Source of the DNA: a virus
Length of the DNA: 64,000 nucleotides
Strand: one strand, 5' to 3'
IMG/VR virus record: IMGVR_UViG_3300021364_000001
Location: 64,001-128,000 of that record
Program-made: the position numbers and the translations under genes
In this document: piece after piece, positions 45,194-53,553 of the stretch
Numbering within the stretch: position 1 is the stretch's first letter
Layout: the number at the start of each line of letters is the position of its first letter
The notes under the pieces: model-generated
What the model was told of the DNA's origin: nothing
Databases searched by the model: none
Seen by the model: only the letters and a program-made list of their open reading frames with translations

Positions 45194-46657
45194 CTATTTA
45201 TGTAATACATCATTACCGATGGCAAGAAAATCCATGTTTGTCTTGGAAAACAATTCTTTCGCTTCCCAGTGCTTAGAACAGATAGGTTTACCACCCAGGT
45301 TGAGTGACGTGTTCAGTATGACACTGGAACCTGTCAGTTCTTTGTATGCTCTGAGCAGTCTGGCGTACTGTCCATCTCCTGATACAGTCTGAATCCTACA
45401 TGATCCATCAACATGAGTGACTGCTGAAAGACTCTCATCCTTACATTGGAATGATGCATTCATCCAGGGGATAGGTTGTGATACACCCACAAAATGTTCC
45501 CTCACATCCTCATCGAGCACTGATGCACCGAAGGGACGGAAGTGTTCACGATGCTTGACTCTGCTGTTCAGAGTGTCCTTCATGTTTTTGATCCTTGGAT
45601 TGCACAGAATGCTCCTATTGCCCAGTGCTCTGGGACCAAGTTCACCGTGACCCTGATACCATCCAACAATGTTACCTGCTGCGATCTCTTCTGCCATGGT
45701 GACGATAGTGTCATCGCTAACTTCCTCAGTCCCCTCATCATCTTGCCAGAATGGGAACCCAGATGAGTCAAATTCTTCTTCATGGAAGTGCTGACGTAGG
45801 AACTCAACAGCACCCAGTGACAGACCACAGTCATTAGCATGTGGAATGGTAGTCAACTTAGCACCATGCCTGATAGCATTGCCCACAAACACACAATTTT
45901 GTGCCACACCACCACTAAATCCTACCTTTTCAGTAGAATACACATGATCATCTGCACCCATCAATAGGTCAGCAAGTTTCCATGACGTGAGTTCATGTAC
46001 AGTTCTCAACCAGTTGATGTCAAAGTCATTATCCCACTTACGATCCCAAGAATCATAGTTCCAAATATCTTTGATCCTACTGAGAGGATACACACTCATT
46101 TTATTAAAGTATTCCTCGTCACATAGACCATATGCTGCCAGTCCCATGACCTTTCCAGCAAGATCTAGACCATCTGGGGTCACATCTTTGAGTCCCAAGA
46201 CAGCACCGACCTTTGCCATCTCGATACCGATGGATCCGTGCTTGTTGACGTTATACTCTACACCCAGGTCTGTGCCCACGAATAGTGAATGAGACCTCTC
46301 ATTGCTACCATACCCATCAAACACATAGTTTGTGTAAGGGATACCCACTGGCCATTGTGACAGGACATGTGCCCAGTGGTGATCTATTGCAAAGCAACGA
46401 CAGGGTAGACCTAGATCAATCTCTCTGTATAGTTCCCCTTTGTCAAACTCAACCTGATCACTGATGACAGCGATGGCATCTACATCATCGATGCTCAGAT
46501 CCCAATGATTAAGTATATCTTCCCACTGCCAGGTATTATTATACCCATGGTGCTTGATACCATAATACCTCTCCGTAGAGAGGTATTTTACTTTGGTGCC
46601 GTCAGTGTATGTGATGTTGGAATCATGATCTTCAACTCGCAATCCAAGAAATCTCAT
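45194..46657 (-). CDS. NodU/CmcH-family carbamoyltransferase
   Basis: HHWAH, DGYG, GKVMGLAAYG, GPRALGNRS, REHFRPF and LNTSLN motifs. Confidence 0.93.
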   Translation of the reverse strand: MRFLGLRVEDHDSNITYTDGTKVKYLSTERYYGIKHHGYNNTWQWEDILNHWDLSIDDVDAIAVISDQVEFDKGELYREIDLGLPCRCFAIDHHWAHVLSQWPVGIPYTNYVFDGYGSNERSHSLFVGTDLGVEYNVNKHGSIGIEMAKVGAVLGLKDVTPDGLDLAGKVMGLAAYGLCDEEYFNKMSVYPLSRIKDIWNYDSWDRKWDNDFDINWLRTVHELTSWKLADLLMGADDHVYSTEKVGFSGGVAQNCVFVGNAIRHGAKLTTIPHANDCGLSLGAVEFLRQHFHEEEFDSSGFPFWQDDEGTEEVSDDTIVTMAEEIAAGNIVGWYQGHGELGPRALGNRSILCNPRIKNMKDTLNSRVKHREHFRPFGASVLDEDVREHFVGVSQPIPWMNASFQCKDESLSAVTHVDGSCRIQTVSGDGQYARLLRAYKELTGSSVILNTSLNLGGKPICSKHWEAKELFSKTNMDFLAIGNDVLHK

Positions 46658-46839
46658 ACACAATCACCTTCTGTTTTGAATAGTTTACGACACTTCTTCA
46701 CTTCTTTCAACTCATCTTTAATCATTTGGTAAGCATCCTCGGCAGAGATCTTTCGTGCTACTTCCATAGCAGTAATGATCTCTACTCTGGTGCCGAAGTG
46801 TTTGAGTGCCTCTTCAAAACAGTTCAGTTCTTCGTACAT
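46654..46839 (-). CDS. Conserved small hypothetical protein
   Basis: FEEALKHFGTRVEIITAME..EDAYQMIKDELK. Confidence 0.75.
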   Translation of the reverse strand: MYEELNCFEEALKHFGTRVEIITAMEVARKISAEDAYQMIKDELKEVKKCRKLFKTEGDCV

Positions 46840-46841
46840 AA

Positions 46842-47261
46842 TTAAGATTCAGTGACGACTTTCTTCTTGCCGATGTTGTACTTGGATTCTAATGTCCATT
46901 CGGACTTATCCTTATATGATAGCACCTTAATCTGGTTGAGTGGTGCAATATCAACAAGACCTTCTGCTTCAAAGTCTACTAGACCCCAGTCAAACAAAAG
47001 TTTTGCGATGCGATTACGACGTTCGATGTCGTTCTTTGTGATGTTGGCGGGCTTGCCGTCCAACGCAAACAGTTCTTTGAAATGGACAATGTAATACTTG
47101 CCCTTCTTATGCAGAATATGACATGACTGATACAGTTTACGATCCTTACGGGATGCAACACCGATTCTAGTCAGAGTTTCACGCACTTTGAGAAAGTCAT
47201 CAGGTTCTTTCAGTGCCACCTCCAACATCATATCCTGAGACCAAGAGATCTCGTCACTCAT
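46842..47261 (-). CDS. regA: Translational repressor
   Basis: DDFLKVRETLTRIGVAS..LYQSCHILHK..YIVHFKELFALDG. Confidence 0.97.
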   Translation of the reverse strand: MSDEISWSQDMMLEVALKEPDDFLKVRETLTRIGVASRKDRKLYQSCHILHKKGKYYIVHFKELFALDGKPANITKNDIERRNRIAKLLFDWGLVDFEAEGLVDIAPLNQIKVLSYKDKSEWTLESKYNIGKKKVVTES

Positions 47262-47650
47262 CTTACTCCTCCAATGTTTAATTTAGATTTGATGACTTCT
47301 AACTGATCTTTGTTGAGCAGTTTCAGGGCATCTTTCGCCTTGTCGGTGCTGTATCCGTAGAACTGTTTTACTAGTTCTAGATCATTATCTGTCTGGACTT
47401 TGTTCCAAGGCGCAAAGCGTTTGGATTTCCTAATACTATATAGGTAATAGTTATATTGCATGTCTGGATCGAGTTCGTACATACGATTCATCTCGTTGAC
47501 ATGCATGATGCAGTCGATGTGTCCAGCAAGACACTTGTTCACCACAAAAGAGGGATACTTCTTCATCGCACGTTCGTCTTCGTGGATGTTTCCTTGCTTC
47601 AAGTTGATACCGTTAAGGTAGTCTTTCAGCTGGTACTCATACTCCTTCAT
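47258..47650 (-). CDS. Clamp loader small subunit (gp62)
   Basis: YPSFVVNKCL..KSKRFAPW..YGYS..KA. Confidence 0.92.
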   Translation of the reverse strand: MKEYEYQLKDYLNGINLKQGNIHEDERAMKKYPSFVVNKCLAGHIDCIMHVNEMNRMYELDPDMQYNYYLYSIRKSKRFAPWNKVQTDNDLELVKQFYGYSTDKAKDALKLLNKDQLEVIKSKLNIGGVR

Positions 47651-48497
47651 AAAACAGTGCTTCGAGTGGGTTAGGGGGTGCTACGTCGTAGTTAGATACC
47701 AAGAGTTCAGACTTCTTGTTGTTCTCTCGGTGCTTCATGCCATATGTGATGTCGAAGTATCTCTGATGATACCCTTCAAACATCTGTTCAATCTCTTCGT
47801 CTACATTGTAAGTGACCATCCACTTGTGAGGACACACCTTACATGCTTCTCCGAACTGCTCATGGTTAAAGTTCTTGTGCATCTCTGCATTAGTGCCATA
47901 AAGATAAGAACCAATCTTGTACGGTGGATCCAGGAAGCAGAACACACCATCATTGTCACCACCAGGTTCAATATCCAAGAGAGGATCTGAGTAATCAACA
48001 TTGGTAATCTCCCAATGCTGAATGATGTCCTGATACTTCCTCAGGTTCTGAGCACCACGCAGGGTAAAGTTCTGTTTGGAAGCAGACTCAGAGAAGGAGG
48101 AGTTCTCTGTCAACCCAGAGTAAGAACACTTATTAAGAACCCAAAATAACACAGCTTGACGAAAAGGATCGGCTTCGGAAATCTCTTCTTTACTTCGTAT
48201 GAACAACTCCTTAGCAAGGGGAGCGGTTGCATGGTCTTGCTTGATGCCATAGCAGACATCAGACAGTTCGTCACCTGCTTCTTGTAGGTGGACCCAGAAA
48301 TTATAGAGGTAATAGTATTTGTCATTGACCCAAACAGGAACATCAGGATGTAGTTGCGAGAAGTAGAGTGCCATGGAACCTCCACCTAGGAAGGGTTCTC
48401 GATACTCTTTGATTCCTGTTGGGAACCACTTATACAATGCTGCTGCTGCTCGCGACTTACCACCTGGGTAGCGGAGCGGGGTCTTCAATGGTTTCAT
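47637..48497 (-). CDS. dam: DNA adenine methyltransferase (Dam/D12 class)
   Basis: LRYPGGKS, EPFLGGG and LDPPY motifs. Confidence 0.92.
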   Translation of the reverse strand: MKPLKTPLRYPGGKSRAAAALYKWFPTGIKEYREPFLGGGSMALYFSQLHPDVPVWVNDKYYYLYNFWVHLQEAGDELSDVCYGIKQDHATAPLAKELFIRSKEEISEADPFRQAVLFWVLNKCSYSGLTENSSFSESASKQNFTLRGAQNLRKYQDIIQHWEITNVDYSDPLLDIEPGGDNDGVFCFLDPPYKIGSYLYGTNAEMHKNFNHEQFGEACKVCPHKWMVTYNVDEEIEQMFEGYHQRYFDITYGMKHRENNKKSELLVSNYDVAPPNPLEALFYEGV

Positions 48498-49012
48498 ACT
48501 GTTGACTCGATCAGATCATAAAGTTTAGTAGCGAAGTCTCCCTTCTCTACTGGAATAACATTCTCAGCAAGGAATGTTATATCATCAAAATGGACTCGGA
48601 AAGAAACAGAATCATCTTTCAGAGTGGTATGCTTCATGCAAGCATCCCAGGTGCAGATACCAACAGTATACTGCTTGGTATCCCACAATAGCATGTAGTC
48701 AAAAGTCTTCTCAGGTAAACCAGAATTTCTACCTTTGAAGTTTTTCAAAGTAATCTCTTTGGTCCAAGGAATTCTCTTACAGAAAAGACCATCCTGACCC
48801 TTGGATTCATAGTAAAGATCATCTACGAGTCCATAGAAGTCTCTACCGTTCTCTTTGTCCCCAACATATTCAAGTTGACCACCACTGTATTTGGCAATAG
48901 CAATTTCCTGAACTTCGGCACGAAGAGGTCTGGTTTGCTGCCTCTTCAATCCATCAGTAGACTTGACAACTCCAAAGATAGAACGAAAATCAAAACGCTT
49001 AGGGTCAATCAT
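48494..49012 (-). CDS. Hypothetical protein, possible PD-(D/E)xK nuclease
   Basis: AEVQE...GRDF...YESKG arrangement. Confidence 0.5.
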   Translation of the reverse strand: MIDPKRFDFRSIFGVVKSTDGLKRQQTRPLRAEVQEIAIAKYSGGQLEYVGDKENGRDFYGLVDDLYYESKGQDGLFCKRIPWTKEITLKNFKGRNSGLPEKTFDYMLLWDTKQYTVGICTWDACMKHTTLKDDSVSFRVHFDDITFLAENVIPVEKGDFATKLYDLIESTV

Positions 49013-49635
49013 AATACATTAATGTTTGCCATGGGTACACCCTGTGGTCCAGCGTTGACTGCACCATGAGGAAGAGAGTTGAACGACATGGTATAGCGTG
49101 ACTCTTCACTGACATGAGGATTGCTGTAATGCCTCAACCATCCAGGGAAGATAAGAAGTTTACCAGGTTCTGCCTTAAAGGTCTCAGTGGGTCCATCGAA
49201 GTGATCCCTAATGATCTCCAAGGTATCAAGATTACGGATGTCAACAGGGTCTTGAAAGACTGTCTCACTTCCTTCTGTGAAATAGAATACCCCAGAGAGA
49301 TAAGAATAATTATGACGATGAAGAGGATGACAAGCACCTGAGTTAGGTGGTGCCCAGTTTGCCCAAGAAAGTGCAATACGAAGTTCTTGGGCTTGAAGAC
49401 AAAGGTCGCAACGAATGTAGTCCAGACAGTCATGGAAAAATCCAATCAGCGGGAGCATAGGTTCCTCTTTATGTATGTCCCCACGACTGGTTCTGACACC
49501 CGCAGGGAAGTTATACATGGCCATCTCTAAGGTCTTGATGTATTCCAATGCCTGATCTGCCATCCACATGTCATCATCACCCAGGTTGAACTGGTAAACA
49601 GTAGTAGGGAATAGATCGTGCTTGGTAATGCTCAT
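49009..49635 (-). CDS. Putative 2OG-Fe(II) oxygenase (HxH type)
   Basis: HPLHRH..LSGVFY..PGKLLIFPGWLRH..RYTMSFN. Confidence 0.88.
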   Translation of the reverse strand: MSITKHDLFPTTVYQFNLGDDDMWMADQALEYIKTLEMAMYNFPAGVRTSRGDIHKEEPMLPLIGFFHDCLDYIRCDLCLQAQELRIALSWANWAPPNSGACHPLHRHNYSYLSGVFYFTEGSETVFQDPVDIRNLDTLEIIRDHFDGPTETFKAEPGKLLIFPGWLRHYSNPHVSEESRYTMSFNSLPHGAVNAGPQGVPMANINVL

Positions 49636-50573
49636 TTGAACTCACACCTCATCATGATTTCTGTCATGAATGCGACAAGGTTGATCTCCTGATCCATGAC
49701 AAAGTTTGCTTTGTACTGGTACTCACCGATCACAAGGACTGCTTCGGGAATACTTGCTGGTTTCAAATATGTATAGAGGGAGTCATAGACCTTTCTCATG
49801 ATTGAATGAGGTTCGTTGTCCATGTTGGCAACCACCCACTTCTTCACCTCAGTGAACTTACGATGCTTCAAGTATTCCATCAGGTCTGACATGGCAATGT
49901 CAGAGGAATTTCCCAGAATACCTGCATCAATGCTACCTTTTGAGGCATAGCGTTGCAGTTCGTTGAGAGTACGACGGAAGTCAGGGAAGTGTTTCAGCAC
50001 CACCTCACGCAGCACTGCCATCTCAAACTCCACACCCTCCTGAGCAAGGATTTGATGCACACGTTTGAAGAATGCAGCACCAAGCAACTGCTTCTCCTTG
50101 CCTCTGACGTTGAACTCGACCACCGAGCAGCGAGAGTGCAGTGGTTGGATGATCTTGTTCTTATAGTTGCAGGTGAAGATGAAGCGACAGGCACCCTGAA
50201 ACTCCTCCACAAACGCCCTGAGGAGCATCTGCACGTCAGGAGTGGTGTTGTCTGCCTCATCGATGATCAGCACCTTGTGCTTCGCCTCAGAGGTCAGAGA
50301 GACGGTGGACACAAAGGACTTAGCACGGTTCCGAACAGTGTCCAGAAAGCGCCCTTCGTCCGATCCGTTGATCACATAGTAGTCAGCACCCAGTTCATTG
50401 CAGAGTGCTTTGGCAATGGTAGTCTTGCCGATGCCAGCAGGACCAGCAAGCAAGAGGTTCGGCAGTTCACCTTGTTCGATGAACCCTTTGAACATCTTGG
50501 TAGTCTCTTCTGGCAGGATACAGTCGTCCACCTTTTGAGGACGATACTTCTCTACCCAAAGAAAGTCATTCAT
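49632..50573 (-). CDS. Clamp loader large subunit (gp44)
   Basis: WVEKYRP, GPAGIGKT and IDEAD motifs. Confidence 0.97.
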   Translation of the reverse strand: MNDFLWVEKYRPQKVDDCILPEETTKMFKGFIEQGELPNLLLAGPAGIGKTTIAKALCNELGADYYVINGSDEGRFLDTVRNRAKSFVSTVSLTSEAKHKVLIIDEADNTTPDVQMLLRAFVEEFQGACRFIFTCNYKNKIIQPLHSRCSVVEFNVRGKEKQLLGAAFFKRVHQILAQEGVEFEMAVLREVVLKHFPDFRRTLNELQRYASKGSIDAGILGNSSDIAMSDLMEYLKHRKFTEVKKWVVANMDNEPHSIMRKVYDSLYTYLKPASIPEAVLVIGEYQYKANFVMDQEINLVAFMTEIMMRCEFK

Positions 50574-50576
50574 AAT

Positions 50577-50807
50577 CTAGTTGAAGTTATTCAAGTTGTG
50601 CCAAACGGCACCGATGTTCATCTTACCATGGAAATACCCTGCCACAATGACACTGAGGGTGGCGATGATCACACCCAGGAACATTAGGACAGGGGTAAGG
50701 GGACCTCTTTTTGCTTTGCGGCGCTCTTCCACAGGGTCGAAACCCCTGCCTTCGACTACTTTACTCCAAGGAGCGTAGAGTGGTCCATCGTAGTCTTTCT
50801 TATCCAT
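50577..50807 (-). CDS. Hypothetical membrane protein
   Basis: YDGPLYAPWSKV plus a TM segment. Confidence 0.7.
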   Translation of the reverse strand: MDKKDYDGPLYAPWSKVVEGRGFDPVEERRKAKRGPLTPVLMFLGVIIATLSVIVAGYFHGKMNIGAVWHNLNNFN

Positions 50808-51544
50808 CAGTATTCGGAGTCGGGTTCCAATGCGAGCATCAGTTCGATGTTCTCAACAGTGTGAGAGGCAGTCTCATTGACGATCCCCACCAGTCTAGCA
50901 ACCTTCTTCTCGAACAGTTCAATGTCGTAACCCTTAGCAGCACGACAAGGTTGTCCGTTGGTCATCAGGATCGACATATTCTCGATCTTCATGCAGAAAC
51001 AGAAGTCCTTGTCTGCCTCACCCAGTTCGATCTCCAAGGAGTTGGAAGTGGCGTTACGCTTGTCGGTCACGATAGCAAAGAGTTTACCTTCTTTACCTTG
51101 GAAGCACAGATCAGGCAGTTGATAGTGCGATGCAGTACCAAAGATCTGGATCAGTTGATCGTTAGACAGTCGGGTGACAACAGCAGGTTCACCGAGAGAG
51201 TTGATGTTCTCAGGTGGGACAGTAATCATACGCTCTTCGGCGTAGTAATACTTCATTCGACTGCCGTTGTTGCTGATCTCAACACGGTTAGTGTTGAACT
51301 CAACCTCAGGGGAGGAAGTGTTGTTACGAGACAAGACCTTGATGGTCTTCATCATGTTACCCAGGTCATAGATGGGTGCTTTGCTCTCAAACTCTACGTC
51401 CTTGAACGTACAGGATCCCAAGATGTTTCTGTTGTTGGAGATAGTCGAGACTTTCTGACCTGGTTTGAACATAATCGAAGGATTGATGTTCATAAACAGA
51501 CTCAGAATCTCCATCTGAGGTTCGGAAAATTTCATACAGGTCAT
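50807..51544 (-). CDS. Sliding clamp (gp45)
   Basis: FMNINPSIMF..IYDL..YYYA..ALEPDS; position next to gp44. Confidence 0.88.
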   Translation of the reverse strand: MTCMKFSEPQMEILSLFMNINPSIMFKPGQKVSTISNNRNILGSCTFKDVEFESKAPIYDLGNMMKTIKVLSRNNTSSPEVEFNTNRVEISNNGSRMKYYYAEERMITVPPENINSLGEPAVVTRLSNDQLIQIFGTASHYQLPDLCFQGKEGKLFAIVTDKRNATSNSLEIELGEADKDFCFCMKIENMSILMTNGQPCRAAKGYDIELFEKKVARLVGIVNETASHTVENIELMLALEPDSEY

Positions 51545-51828
51545 CGGTTGGGATATTCGTCAGTTGGGGCAGCGTTTTTGTCGTTGAAGTACATCAACAG
51601 TACAGAGTAGTGTAACACCTTCATGATGTCACGTCTAGCAGTACCTTTGCGATCGTAACGGGTAGCATACTTCAAGATGTTGCTTCGACAGAATGCTTCA
51701 CCGTCACCACATGCTTCAATCAGATCCAGAGTTTGGAAACCATCGTTAGAATAGTGCTGATTGTAGGTGGAACTGATGTATTCTTTCAATTCTCTGAGGA
51801 TCTCGTCCTCATTGTACTTGTTGTTCAT
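51541..51828 (-). CDS. DUF3310-like protein
   Basis: QHYS..FCRSNILKYATRYDRKG..DIMKVLHY. Confidence 0.8.
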   Translation of the reverse strand: MNNKYNEDEILRELKEYISSTYNQHYSNDGFQTLDLIEACGDGEAFCRSNILKYATRYDRKGTARRDIMKVLHYSVLLMYFNDKNAAPTDEYPNR

Positions 51829-51831
51829 AAT

Positions 51832-52395
51832 TTAACAGAAGCGTTCAAGTGTAGCGGTGTGAAGATCAACTCGTTCAGGGAGTTTGGACAACTGGACGAT
51901 AGCATCGCGTGTAAATGGGTTCTGAACATTGGATTCATCCCACCAATGGACCACTTTGCGAACACCAGAGATAATTGGTTTCACTCGGTGGATGATTCCC
52001 GTAGGATATATGACGGCATACCCTGCGGGAAGTTTAATACTAACACCAAAGTCACCAAATCGCAACTCTAACTCACCACCTTCATAATCAGTTGGGTCAT
52101 TGAGGAAAAGTGTGGTAGATACATCCAATCTCAGACCATCGATGCTAGTAACCTCGTCCTGATGCCAGTCATAATCCTGTCCAGCAGTGTATTTTTTGTA
52201 GGTAAACCCTGTTCTGCCGCTGGATAGTGTTAGATCTGGTTGAAGAGACTCAGCAATCCTTTCGTCTAACCACTCTGGATCAATTCCTTTGTCTTCGTTG
52301 ACATTTTTGAGAGGATTTGTGACCAGAATAGGGTCAACTTGACCCAAGACTCGGGATACACCCGAGTCGTCAAGGATTTGTGTACGATACAGCAT
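51832..52395 (-). CDS. PKHD-type 2OG-Fe(II) hydroxylase
   Basis: YDWHQD..RLDVSTTLFLNDP..YEGGEL..YP..HRVKPI. Confidence 0.88.
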   Translation of the reverse strand: MLYRTQILDDSGVSRVLGQVDPILVTNPLKNVNEDKGIDPEWLDERIAESLQPDLTLSSGRTGFTYKKYTAGQDYDWHQDEVTSIDGLRLDVSTTLFLNDPTDYEGGELELRFGDFGVSIKLPAGYAVIYPTGIIHRVKPIISGVRKVVHWWDESNVQNPFTRDAIVQLSKLPERVDLHTATLERFC

Positions 52396-53486
52396 CAGTC
52401 TTGGAGCAGAGGGGATTCATCAAGGTCAATCTTAGCATCAATCTTGCTGTAAAGTTCAAGGAATGATGCTTTGGTCTCGTCATCGAAGCGATTCAGGCAC
52501 AGTTTGATCGCTTTCAGACGGTTGTTGAAGATAGCGAAGGCACGGATGACGTGGACCAGGCGACGGGTGCTGATAACCTCGTCACAACCACCCTCAGCGA
52601 AGGTTTTTCGGATGATTTCTGCCCAAGTAGTGAGGTTGGAGATGAATTCATCGTCGCAGCAGTTGAGTTCCTTGCAGTAGTTGTTGAGCATCTTGGTCTC
52701 GATGCTAGCAGTGGGGTACTCTTGCTCGAAAGTGAGGGGAAAACGCTCCAAGAATGCCTCATTGAGCACGTTTGTGCCGATGAAACGACCATCATCGCTA
52801 CCCTTACCCTTGGTATTGGCAGTAGCGACCACAGTGAACCCAGGTGCAGGGTTGATAGTGACACCAGTCTTCTTCAAGTAGACCCCTTTGCCTTCAAGAA
52901 TGGACTGCAAGCAGAGGATTTTGTTACTAGCAAGGTCGATCTCATCGAGAAGAAGCACTGCACCACGTTGGAGTGCCTCAATGACGGGACCATTGTGCCA
53001 AACAGTGTTACCGTCCACAAGGCGGAAACCACCAATAAGGTCATCTTCATCAGTTTCTACCGTAATGTTGACACGAATCAGTTCACGACCGAGTTGGGCA
53101 CATGCCTGCTCGACACCGAAGGTCTTACCGTTGCCAGACAGACCCGTGATGAACACAGGGTAGAAGATACCAGACTTGATGATCTTCTTAACATCGGTGA
53201 AGTTACCAAATGGAACGTAGTTTTTGTCTTTGGAAGGGATCAAGGTTGATACTTCAACGGCAGGTTGGGCAGAAGGGGCGGAGAAAGTCTTCTCGATCTC
53301 TTGTGCAGTCAGGCACCACTTGCCACGACCAGTCTTGTACTGGTCAAGACGCTTGCAGACGGTGGGATAGGAGACACCGAAGTGGTCAGAAGCGGCAAGA
53401 ACTTGCTCAGTCTTGACATCAGAACCGTAGGTTTCGGTGAGGAAGGAAACGATTTGAGTGGTGGTGAGGTCGGACTTGGCAGGCAT
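52395..53486 (-). CDS. cobS: CobS/MoxR-like AAA+ ATPase
   Basis: GLSGNGKT, LLLDEID, ATANTKG, FLERF and ISTRRL motifs. Confidence 0.88.
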   Translation of the reverse strand: MPAKSDLTTTQIVSFLTETYGSDVKTEQVLAASDHFGVSYPTVCKRLDQYKTGRGKWCLTAQEIEKTFSAPSAQPAVEVSTLIPSKDKNYVPFGNFTDVKKIIKSGIFYPVFITGLSGNGKTFGVEQACAQLGRELIRVNITVETDEDDLIGGFRLVDGNTVWHNGPVIEALQRGAVLLLDEIDLASNKILCLQSILEGKGVYLKKTGVTINPAPGFTVVATANTKGKGSDDGRFIGTNVLNEAFLERFPLTFEQEYPTASIETKMLNNYCKELNCCDDEFISNLTTWAEIIRKTFAEGGCDEVISTRRLVHVIRAFAIFNNRLKAIKLCLNRFDDETKASFLELYSKIDAKIDLDESPLLQD

Positions 53487-53521
53487 TGGTGTGTCTCTCG
53501 ATTACCTAGTAATCATACAAG

Positions 53522-53545
53522 AAAAAAGGGGGTCCGAAGACCCCC
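53522..53545 (-). terminator. Terminator hairpin
   Basis: GGGGGTC-TTCG-GACCCCC followed by T6. Confidence 0.8.
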
Positions 53546-53553
53546 TGTGGACA

